Made by a program: the position numbers and the translations under genes. A stretch of DNA of 63,836 nucleotides, counting the filler, from Squatina squatina (Eukaryota): the NCBI GenBank assembly GCA_031763465.1. It is 4 parts of 4 records of this genome, joined end to end, with 100 filler letters (N's around TTAATTAATTAA, not from the genome) between each part and the next. Parts side by side here need not be neighbours in the genome. Positions count along the whole stretch, not along the records: positions 36,788 to 51,420 come from JARFOE010714619.1; 3 more parts are not named here. One strand, 5' to 3'. Below, in pieces: positions 38,416 through 47,277 of the stretch (its first letter is position 1; every line of letters begins with the position of its first letter). The notes beneath the pieces were generated by a model. The model worked only from the letters and a program-made list of their open reading frames with translations. It was not told the DNA's origin and searched no databases.

Positions 38416-38433
38416 ACCCTGCTCACAGTGCCA
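38416..38433 (-). promoter_or_regulatory. Primer binding site complementary to tRNA-Ser(CGA)
   Basis: TGGCACTGTGAGCAGGGT lies 2 nt (AT) after an LTR ending ...AACA. The complement of the vertebrate tRNA-Ser(CGA) 3' end, as I recall it, is TGGCGCTGTGAGCAGGAT (16/18 match). Confidence 0.8.
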
Positions 38434-38435
38434 AT

Positions 38436-39109
38436 TGTTAGGGGTCTTTAAATGACAGACTCCAGACGGGTCACTTAAAAGTAAAGATGTACTTTACTTC
38501 CTGATTACCAGGGTAGAGCTGTACATAAACTCCACAGCTCGGCATATGTCTCAAAGTATTCATCAAAGTTGAACAATGTTATACAGATAAATTGATTAAA
38601 TTACAGTACTGGTGTGTCATACCTAATTTTTCATTAATCCAATCACGTTTGTTCCATGATTAGTTCATCAATCACAGCCTCTACAAACAACACATTGTCA
38701 CATTCTCACTACTGCCAGGAAAGGAATGTATCTTATCAATAATAGCTATGACCCCTGTAACCTAGCTAGTGCCGTGAGACATCTGGTTTCTATAATGTGG
38801 CCTTGTGGGCCTCAAACTCCACACCCACTTGTCTGTGGGATTAGTTAAGCTCTCATCATTAGCAACAGAAACGTCTCATCACAAAAGAAAGTAAAGGCAG
38901 GCTGCGGTTCCCTGTTTTAATTAGTCTTGTGGTGTTTGGTCAAGCTAAGAAAGAACTTCCCATGATACTTTGCTCAATGGCAGTTACCCATTTAGCAAGT
39001 GGCTCTCTACCTATGTCTGGGTGTGATGGATATAGATATTGTCAGCACCCTTTTCCTATTCTATCTAACCCAACTCTATTCTTACCCGCATAATTTTACT
39101 CTATCAACA
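38436..39109 (-). mobile_element. 5' LTR (about 674 bp) of an LTR retroelement/ERV inserted in the foamy virus 3' region
   Basis: On the minus strand it begins TGTTGATAG and ends CCTAACA, with TATAA near 38580 and AGTAAA near 38495. The PBS follows directly and no PPT precedes it. Confidence 0.7.
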
Positions 39110-40030
39110 GCTTGATGAGACTGATAATTATAAACACAACATTAACAGTTTCTGAAAGAGTCATTAAAAATAGTTAAACAAATCACAGTTCCTAAACTAT
39201 TCAGACAGGATATCCATTAAATATCATGGTAATGTCTACCTTAACTCCAAGAGTTGTTGGAAGACTGCAGCGTCAACTTTCTCTGTCGTCAAGAATCGCT
39301 TTAGCCTTTCTGATCAAATCTAAAAACCTGTTCCAAGCATCCCTGATTTTATGCAATATGTCCACATTAATTCGAGACTTGTGAGTGTTTTTGTTTACAA
39401 GGTATATATTAATTAACTTGAATTCAATTGTTACTAGGTTACATGAATCAATATTAGTTAGTTGTTGCTGACCACTGTTCTGTCCGCCTCGAGTACTCGT
39501 GAAAGGAAAGTATCCTTTAGTAGGTTTTTGCCATCCTTAGCACAGTATCGAGTGAATAATAAAGACACTTATCAATTTTCATTATGTTGCCTATTTGCGA
39601 AAGTTTTCAAACATTTATCAAAATATTACATTCTACTGCAGGAAGCTGTTACATGCTTCTTAAAAATGTCAATAATCTATATGTAAGATCTATTTCTTTG
39701 TGTGGGGTTAATATATAATGATAGGCTCACTTGCGAAAGGTTGTGTTTCTTGCTTTTCAGCATTTTGTTTACTACAAGCGGTTTTTCAAATGCTTTCTAA
39801 AATGTTTAAGTGTTTGCTATCGAAGGTCATCTTTTGTATAGAGTTTAATATGTGATAGCCTAATGGAATGTGGCCTGATGAATTCACCCATGATTTGGGT
39901 AGCTGCTGTGTTCAATATGTTGCTTACTGCAAAAATCTTTATATATTTATTCAGTTGTTAAAAGTCTATTATCAAAAGTCAGCAAATGATTATCTGTAGC
40001 TGGTGTCCTTTGTCCCCCAATTCCTTCGCA

Positions 40031-40040
40031 CTCCCCTCTT
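40031..40040 (-). promoter_or_regulatory. Candidate 3' polypurine tract of the foamy-like provirus
   Basis: AAGAGGGGAG followed immediately by TG(CGAAGG), about 500 nt downstream of env; resembles the foamy AGGAGAGGG|TG junction. Confidence 0.45.
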
Positions 40041-40457
40041 GTCTGGCGTGCATGTGAGTACCAAAGACAGGTCGGTCAATATTCATCAAAACGAAGTTTC
40101 AAAAGTACGTTGAACAATATCAATTTTGCGGGATTTACAGTGGTCCAAGCATGTGAGACGTTGCAGTGTCAGATGAGCTGTCTGAAGCTTGATACACTGA
40201 GAAGATCTACCATTGAAAATAAGTTTGAGGGTTCAATTGAGGTGCGGTGGGGAACAGAAGGCTGTGTACTTAATCAGATGCATTCACCATCTTTTCCGAG
40301 GATGCTTATATTTGATTAAAGGAGTGCATCGGCAGAGCTCCCAAACAGCAAAATTCACTGAGCTGTAATTCTTTAATCATATTTTGCACATATTCTTGTG
40401 GATTGCAAAGTTTTCCAATCTTCGGAAGTAATAGCAACATAATAATACAATAGCTTA

Positions 40458-40534
40458 AAATAGTGGATGCTGCAATCTGAACCAAAAAACAGAAAATGCT
40501 GGACAGCCCAGCAGGTCAAAAATCTCCTGTGGAG
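40458..40534 (-). mobile_element. Short Penelope-like tail inserted at the env 3' end
   Basis: CTCCACAG..TGACCTGCTG..CCAGCATTTTCTGTTTTT..TCAGATTGCAGCATC, flanked by the direct repeat ATAGCTTA (40450-40457 and 40535-40542). Confidence 0.6.
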
Positions 40535-42044
40535 ATAGCTTATTATTTTAAAACCTAAATGAGAATGACAATCCCAATCACAATGAGTGCGGGAATAATG
40601 TATGAGAAGATACCAAAAATACATTGAGGTAGACCTGAGACAGTGTCAGTGATCCAATCACAGCAACTTTAGCAGCAGAAGCAAACACTGGTATTGCCTC
40701 TGTAATAACTTGAATTATTGCCTGAAACCAATCTGGGGCTTGCCAAATATTATCCAGTTCAATTTGTGACAGCAGGTGTTGTGTCCTTCTATTAGTATCC
40801 TCGACTGAGTAATTTATAATGGTAAGATTCAATTCCCTGCCCTGCAACTTACTAAGAACTGTACTCAGCTTGCTAACTTTGATAAGAGTTTAACTGACAC
40901 AGGGGGCATAAGAATTCCTAGATCTAGAGGATTTATAGTTGTGGAGCGTGTTTCCACTGTCGCTGAGAATTCTGGAGGATTTTATAAAACAAGTGCCTCT
41001 ATTAAGTCCACAGTCGGAACACTTGGAATCCGTAATGACAGCATAGGATCCATTCCCCAAAGAGAAATGTTGCCAGTAGTCCGGTCTAACTGGTTTCGAG
41101 ATGATCGGGCAGTTTGCCTTACCTGAACCATTTCCACATTGCTTGAATTTTTTCCCATGTATTACATTAAGGAGCCAATGGCCAGGACATTCCTTTGCAT
41201 GAAGGAAATCATAAATCCTCGAGGTGGAATTAGGCTCCAAGCATGGACGGGCCATTCGGTCATACAGATGTTGCACCTTTACCAAGCCCCTGAATGATGC
41301 TGAAGTCTTGATGAGGCGTTAATTTAGGATTTTCCACTGCTTGTAATACATCTCCGGCTGTCTTATCAATGAGAATCTAAGGAGAATATCGAGTCTACGT
41401 TTGATAGATTCCACAAGCCAAACCGTACCTCCGAGTATGGCTTTTTCGGTGGGAAGGTAACTAATATTGTGAAGTATGGCATGAGCTGTCAAAGTTGGAA
41501 AAGTTTTCTCCATTATAGTATCGAATCCGAGGAAAGGACCAAGGGACCTTATTGGATTGGAGTGTCGAAGGTGACAAGTGAACAGCTGTCATCAGAATAG
41601 TGAGTCAAATGCCTTTGTCTGTCGGTAGCAGCTCCTTGAGGATTGTTCGAAGACCTGTGATTTTAAGTGATTTATGAAGCTTAATGTAATCTGCAATCCT
41701 TTTAAGGCTCTGGCCTTGAACTCTGTTCCTTTGATCCAGCGTGAGGACGAATTCTGCTAGCAGCAGTGAAGACTGTTGGAATGAGCGCATGTTCTTCGAT
41801 GTAGACGGTTTCTTTGGTAGTCAGGAAGTCAATTAATTTGATGAATTCTTCAAAAGACTGATTTAAAAGTACAATCGCACTATAGTTGTAAAATGGGAGA
41901 GGAGCATTTTCAAACTTTGCCCCAAGTGATGATGAATCATTATAGAGGTAAGATTGGATAGCTTCTGTTCGATACTCAATCGTAAGGTTCTGTTGACATA
42001 AACTAATATTTTTTACAGTTTGCTACTGATGTATCCCAGCCAAC
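40535..42044 (-). pseudogene. env: Foamy virus env, 3' part (SU C-terminus, cleavage site, TM ectodomain, membrane anchor)
   Basis: RNRLHRR cleavage-like site; MRSFQQSSLLLAEFVLTL (cf. LRSMGYALTGAVQTL); QWKILN..LIK..LVKVQHLY (cf. NWNVVNIGHLVK..THVTIAHPY); KQCGNGSGKANCPIISKPV..FSLGNGSYAVITDSKC (cf. QPCGNSSDTSDCPVWAEAV..NPLKNGSYLVLASSTDC); APDWFQAIIQVITEAIPVFASA (cf. TPAWIQQLAAATKDVWPAAASA); IFGIFSYIIPALIVIGIVILI.GFKIISY (cf. LLGYLKPILIGVGVILLVILIFKIVSW). Confidence 0.88.
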
Positions 42045-42379
42045 GGGCGCCCAATTTGGGTTTTTAAAGTTTCTGGCGCCAAGGTCTGAATTGGGCAGCC
42101 CAAAGTTCAGGTCTTTGAAATTTACTGTTGAGGCCTGCAATTTGGAAAACTGAGAAAAATTCTCAAACAACTTTTAAAAAGTGTTAATTTCAGTGCTAAA
42201 GGACCAATGCTTAATGCTGATTATTTTAGTTTTTCTTTTAAGCAGCCAAATTCCTCAGTTGGCCTAACTGCTTCCAATTAACTATCAGCCCACATTAGTA
42301 CTTAAAGGGGGGCTTTCTCACACACACAATCACTGCTTTGTTCAGTCCTTTAGAAGGAGGTGTGTTTGCAAGAACCTTT

Positions 42380-42637
42380 CTTTGTGTGCACAAGAAAATT
42401 GAGATCGGTGAGAGAGTGAGGGCATGCCGTTTCTCAGATGAGGGCCTTCAGGCACTTGTGAATGCAGTGGAGATGAGGTCAGCAAGGCTCATCCCTGTCG
42501 GAGGGAGAAGGGGAATTGTCAAGATCACAAGGAGGACCTGGAGGGAACTGGCCAATGAAGTCTCCGCGACGGAAGTAGCAACAAGAAGCAGCTTTCAGTG
42601 CCGCGAGAAGTTTAATTATCTCAGGCGGATTGCGAAG
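42380..42637 (+). pseudogene. Harbinger Myb/SANT-like gene, first exon
   Basis: ERVRACRFSDEGLQALVNAVEMRSARL...TWRELANEVSATEVATRSSFQCREKFNYLRRIAK, then donor GTGAGT. Confidence 0.85.
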
Positions 42638-43328
42638 GTGAGTGTAAGGTAGTAAAAATGTCGCAATGGCAGCCACATCGGGAGCTTTCTTTCCTGTTCC
42701 ACTGCATAGTCCAAGACAGCAGGTGAGCTGCAGACGGCATGACACAGCATAATCATGCACACTGGGCATGAAACTCCGCCTGCCAATCCCAGGACAAGAA
42801 CACTGGAAAGGGGATGTCTCCCAATCTTTCATTTCTGATCTTTTGGCAGGCAAATCTGGCATATTTGCAATGAGCGAGGAGGAGAGATGAAGGCAACAAC
42901 ATAGGTGTTGCAGAGTTGTCGCGGATGCAGAGGGACGTGGCGAGGATCAGAGGAGAAGAATCTGGAGAGTCCGTGGCAAGCTGGACTGAATCACAGCAGC
43001 CGGCCATGAGCCGTCCTGCCCCCACATCCCCCTCACTGAGGAGATGTTTGAGATTGGGAATTAAGAAGGGTCAAAATTGTTCACAAACATGAGGTGATTA
43101 GTTATTGGTAATAAGTGTTTCATTCGGTAAATGAATTTTGATTGTGTGAAGTAAGATGTCATATCTGTTCAATTTAATGACACTTGTGCAGAATTAGTGC
43201 AGAGAAGCAGCTGAGATGGATGAAATGGCAGTTGGGGTGGCAATATCATTACGTGACATGGGAGGCGATGTGGATTGCTCACATCTTAGTCACAGCTATG
43301 CCTCATTGGCAGGGTTTGGTCGGAGATG

Positions 43329-43972
43329 TCATCCTCGACCTCCTTGAGGCCGCTGCGGGGCTTGGACCTCTCCCTCCTCTGTAGAGTAGTCATCTTGGTC
43401 GCCATCGTCTTGGTGATTTAGCGCATTCTCCGGCTCTTCCTCTTCAACATTGGCCTGGAGAAGTGACTGACTGCACATGATTGCAAGGTTGTGCAGCATA
43501 CAGCAGAGGACTATGAACCTGGAGACCCAATCTGATAAGTATTGCACAGCGCCCCCATAAATGTCAAGACATCGGAACCTCATTTTGAGCTGTCCAATGT
43601 TTTGGTCTATGAGTTTTCGGGTCCTTCCATGACTCTCGTTATGAGCCACCTCGGCTGGAGTGTTGTGATTTCTCAAGGGTCTCATGAGCCATGTCTCCTG
43701 CGGATAGCCCTTGTCTCCGAGGATCCAGCCTTGCAGGAAATGAGGAGGATGGTGTATTGGTCTGCCCTGTGCCTCCACTCCTGCAAGGCGTTGTGGCATG
43801 TCAGCTGGTTCTTTTGGGGTGGTGGTCTTCAGGAGATGCTGCTTCCTCACCCCTGACCTCATTTGCCAGTGCCCTACTGACTCTCTGCCTGTTTTGACGA
43901 TGTCTTCTGGCTCTCAGGCACCTCATGTGAGGGCAGTGAAGTTTCTAATCGGCCTCAAGCGCAGCACCCATG
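43329..43972 (-). pseudogene. Internally deleted Harbinger transposase
   Basis: [65 protein letters not shown]. The first catalytic region (IDGTH) is absent. Confidence 0.88.
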
Positions 43973-44573
43973 GAGAGAATGGCCGCTTTTGTCACATGTC
44001 ACAAAATCTCAGAAAAGCCTATAAAAGTCGGAAGTTTGTTAAAGCGAGGCAGGAAAGATAAGAGGCAGCTGTTTTGAGCTTGGCGGATTTCCCAATCAAC
44101 TTTCAATTGAAGCCCTCTTCCAGAGATTTCATTCCTGATTTATCATCCTTGATTGTGTGCTCAGCAATCAGCTGCATTACCTTTCAAAGTTGCATGGTGA
44201 GGCTGCAATGGTCAGAAGGTGCAGTTTTTTGTCTCAGGGAGGTCCTAATCAACTTTAATTTTTGCAGAGATTCCATTGGCGCTGAAAATCAGAAGCTCAA
44301 GCTTGTCAATGCCCAAAAAATTGTGCGTTGACACTGCTACATTTAAGTGTCAGCAGCCTTGATGAATTCAGCAACAGGCGTCCATTTTGGGTGTTGTGCC
44401 CACTGTTGACATCATCCCGACCACCTCACACCAAAATTAAAGTTTCCAGCCTTACAAGGTTTGCGCCCATTTAGCGCCATTTTTTGGAGGACCCAAATTG
44501 TCTGACGCTAAAGTTAGCAGCAAATATCAGTGCTAAGCACTTAACGCCCCAAAAAATTCCGAATTGGGTGCCC

Positions 44574-46222
44574 AGCATCTTTACATGAGAAGTAAAGTGA
44601 AAAAACTCCAATGCCGGAGAATTCTGAAGCATCCTGGATACACGTGTCATTGGCAACCTGATTATCTTTATAACAATGAACTGTCCCAGTGGAGGATAAA
44701 TTTATGATACAAAGACGGTTCTTCCTCCGTTTATCACTTTGTGCCATCGTACCTGACCATGGTTCTAGTGAATTGGTCCGTTACATTAGGTACCACTCAT
44801 CCAAATGTGAGTTGATTTAAAGCTAGAAAAGAGTATGATCTCCTCATGTCTGCAGAAAATTGTGTAGTATGAAGTGTTTAAGTAAAAAAGACATTTCTGG
44901 CATTTCACCTGCCTTTTCTGCATCCAGAAGTTTTTTAACAAGGAATTGTCCAGTAACATTGGAATTCCAGTCTTGCAGCAGGCACGATTCATCAGGGCGA
45001 TACTAGTCATTTGATGAATTGGTATTTTCTTTTATCCTGCAGTCGTCAACGAGTATTTGATTGATCTAATCCATTCTGTCCTTGCCCCAGCTATTCTTTA
45101 AGGACCCAGAATAAAATCTTGGTGAATTGTAAGGAAATCTTCCTTCAACATTGAGCAAACTCATGGGTCTGTTAGAGTGCCAGAGCCAGAATGATGGAGC
45201 TGAGTTATGAGGGAAATAATGCCAAATGGGGGAAAGGGATTCAAACACGCCCGATTCTTAGGGTGATTAACAAAAATTTCACATAATTCCCTTATAGGAA
45301 TATGTCTGTGGGTCTGATGTGTAAAAGCAGTGGTTTCAGATTTGGGCGGGAGAGGTTTTCAAACCCCGTCGGTACGAGGATATCTTTTTCGCTGACCCCA
45401 ATCAATGAACTAGCAGTATCCCATTTGCTCAATACATGGCTCATGTGTTGTCTTTTCACCAGGATCTCCAGGCGACATCAGGAAGGTTCTTGATGTTTGC
45501 GTTGAGTCGGCTAACTCGTTCATTTTCCTTCTGAACTGATTTAATTTCGAGGGCCTTGGCGAGTCTTGTGGTGTCCAACTTGACTTGTGTGGGCTGATAA
45601 ATAGAGCCATGTGAAAACACAAGAGGTTGGGTTGAGGTATTGCAATGATGCCAAAAGGAAGTAGAACCTTGCTAAAGTTGGTCGTATCATTGTGAGTTGT
45701 CATAGAATGATATTTTGGAGAAACAGTTGCAGAATTTGCAATAGAGTTTGTCCTGCCATCATGGCTGATACAGTCTTCAAACAAGTCTTCTATCTGTCGT
45801 GTTTGGCGATAGGCACCATGTTTAATTATAGTCCACAGGGTGATAATTAATTCCACAAGCAGAAGGATAATTAAAGCTGAAATGCAATAACAGCATCTCA
45901 CCCCCTTTTCCGGATGACGCTTCGTCCTGTCATGAGAAGTCATTGTTTTTCTTTTTTCTCTTACGGGTCCTGCCAGAAGCTTGGTTGACTATGTGTTCTT
46001 TCCTGCTGTTTTCATCCTTCTTTATACTGACTTGTTGGTCTTTATCTGGTTAAGTCTTGGTTTCTTGTTAAACCAATTTCTGAGGCGTTGCCAAGCAGGG
46101 TGAGTCAGTAGCACTGTTTGTCTGAATGTCGTCAGTAATTCGATTACTTCTGCTTCCTGTTGTGTGTTCCAAGCTGGGTCTCGGATGGCAGTGTGCGACT
46201 GGGCATTGTACTGTTCCTCCAT
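44574..46222 (-). pseudogene. env: Foamy virus env, 5' part (leader peptide and SU)
   Basis: Long N-terminal leader with hydrophobic helix CCYCISALIILLLVELIITLWTII; NFSKVLLPFGIIAIPQPNLL (cf. VNMTSIPQGVYYEPHPEPI); MNELADS..FLMSPGDPGEKTTHEPCIEQMGYC (cf. MQSLSDVMIDFEIPLGDPRDQEQYIHRKCYQEFANC); SPIWHYF (cf. QSIWDYY). The start codon is uncertain. Confidence 0.82.
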
Positions 46223-46239
46223 TCTGACATCCTTCAGGA

Positions 46240-46400
46240 CATCTCTTCAGATTTTCTGTGGAAAACTTTTTAGATACTGCTTGCTGATACGTTCATTTTT
46301 CAACAGTCCTTTAAGTAAATGTATTTGATCAAGTTATTTCCACTTTGGTCTTAATCCAGGCCTTTGCTCAAACTTCATTTCCTGTACGCATTTGGCTACT
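46240..46400 (-). pseudogene. pol: Foamy-like integrase C-terminal domain
   Basis: VAKCVQEMKFEQRPGLRPKWK*...KFSTENLKR (cf. foamy IN [22 protein letters not shown]...TVSIDNLKP). Confidence 0.8.
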
Positions 46401-46939
46401 GAGGCAAAAGCAAAATATTGCGGATGCTGGAATCTCTGATCTCTCTGTCCTTGACTGTTCCAATGAAGCTCAACGTGAGCTCGAGGAACAGCATGTCAAA
46501 TTTCGATCAGCACTGTACAGCCTTCCAGCCTCATCATCGAGTTCAACCATTTCAGACCATAACCTCTGCCCCAATATATTTTTTAATTCTTTGTTATTTT
46601 TGGCCTTTGTTTCCCACTAACGGCTGTTGCATTGCTCATTTTCACCCTATCTAGACACCTCTTCTGTTCTTAACTTGCCCATTACCATTACTTTTTGTAT
46701 CGCACCATCTCATAATGTCTCTCTATCTTTTCTGCCTTCCACCCTCTCACAGTCTTTTCCTTTTGTCCTTTCGCTCCACCCCGCCTTTCCCTGCTCCTGC
46801 ACTTGCTTAACAACCTGCTACAATTCTAACTCTTTCCAGTTCTGATGAAGGGTCTTCGACCTGAAACACTAACTCTCTTTCTCTCACCACAGATGCTGCC
46901 TTACCTGCTGAGTATTTCCAGCATTCTCTGTTTTTATTC
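46401..46939 (+). mobile_element. 5'-truncated Penelope-like element inserted in the integrase
   Basis: GIY-YIG-type C-terminus LSVL.CSNEAQRELEEQHVKFR, 3' tail with hammerhead core, and a short inverted tail copy at the 5' end (AAAAGCAAAATATTGCGGATGCTGGAATCT). Confidence 0.82.
46838..46874 (+). ncRNA. Minimal type I hammerhead ribozyme motif (decayed)
   Basis: AGTT-CTGATGA-A-GGGTC-TTC-GACCT-GAAAC-ACTAACT: both core boxes and stem II are present. Confidence 0.6.
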
Positions 46940-47277
46940 TCCTCCCAGGGGTTGCCAGGCTTTGTTGCTCAATTCTTTTCGCCTACTTGTTTCTCTTCTT
47001 CTTTGATCGATCCGATGTAGCTCATCTATTCTTTCTTGTTTTCAATCTAACATGCTGTCGAGTCAAGCTGTCAGAGAGTGCAGGGGCAATGAAAGAACCA
47101 TGGGCTAGCGGTGTTTGCATCTCAACCCCATACATCAGCTAATATGGGGTTCTAGGGGACACTGTCCCTGATGTAGATGTGGGCACATTATAAAGTGTTA
47201 GCTCCATTTCTGGTGATATGGTGATCCAATTAGTTCCCCTGATTCTCAATAGTTTGATCAATATCTTTTTAACAAGG
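46940..47277 (-). pseudogene. pol: Foamy-like integrase: end of catalytic core and CCD-CTD linker
   Basis: LVKKILIKLLRIRGTNWITISPEMELTLYNVP...RTPY*LMYGVEMQTPLA...LSNKAWQP (cf. [32 protein letters not shown]...YTPHQLLFGIDSNTPFA...SSRSWSP). Confidence 0.85.

Larger units (their letters stand above)
42045..44573. mobile_element. Harbinger DNA transposon (about 2.5 kb, both TIRs, two convergent genes) inserted into foamy env
   Basis: TIRs GGGCGCCCAATTTGGG / CCGAATTGGGTGCCC, with 3-bp flanks AAC and AGC. Carries a Myb/SANT gene (+) and a transposase remnant (-). Confidence 0.85.
39110..47277 (-). mobile_element. Endogenous foamy virus (spumaretrovirus) 3' half: pol-IN, env, accessory/U3 region; degenerate, with nested insertions
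   Basis: Collinear integrase and Env segments resembling prototype foamy virus proteins; see the sub-features. Confidence 0.88.

Noticed and set aside
38436-39109. This LTR as the foamy provirus 3' LTR
   Set aside because: There is no PPT upstream, and it is followed by a PBS and internal ORFs, which indicates the 5' LTR of another element.
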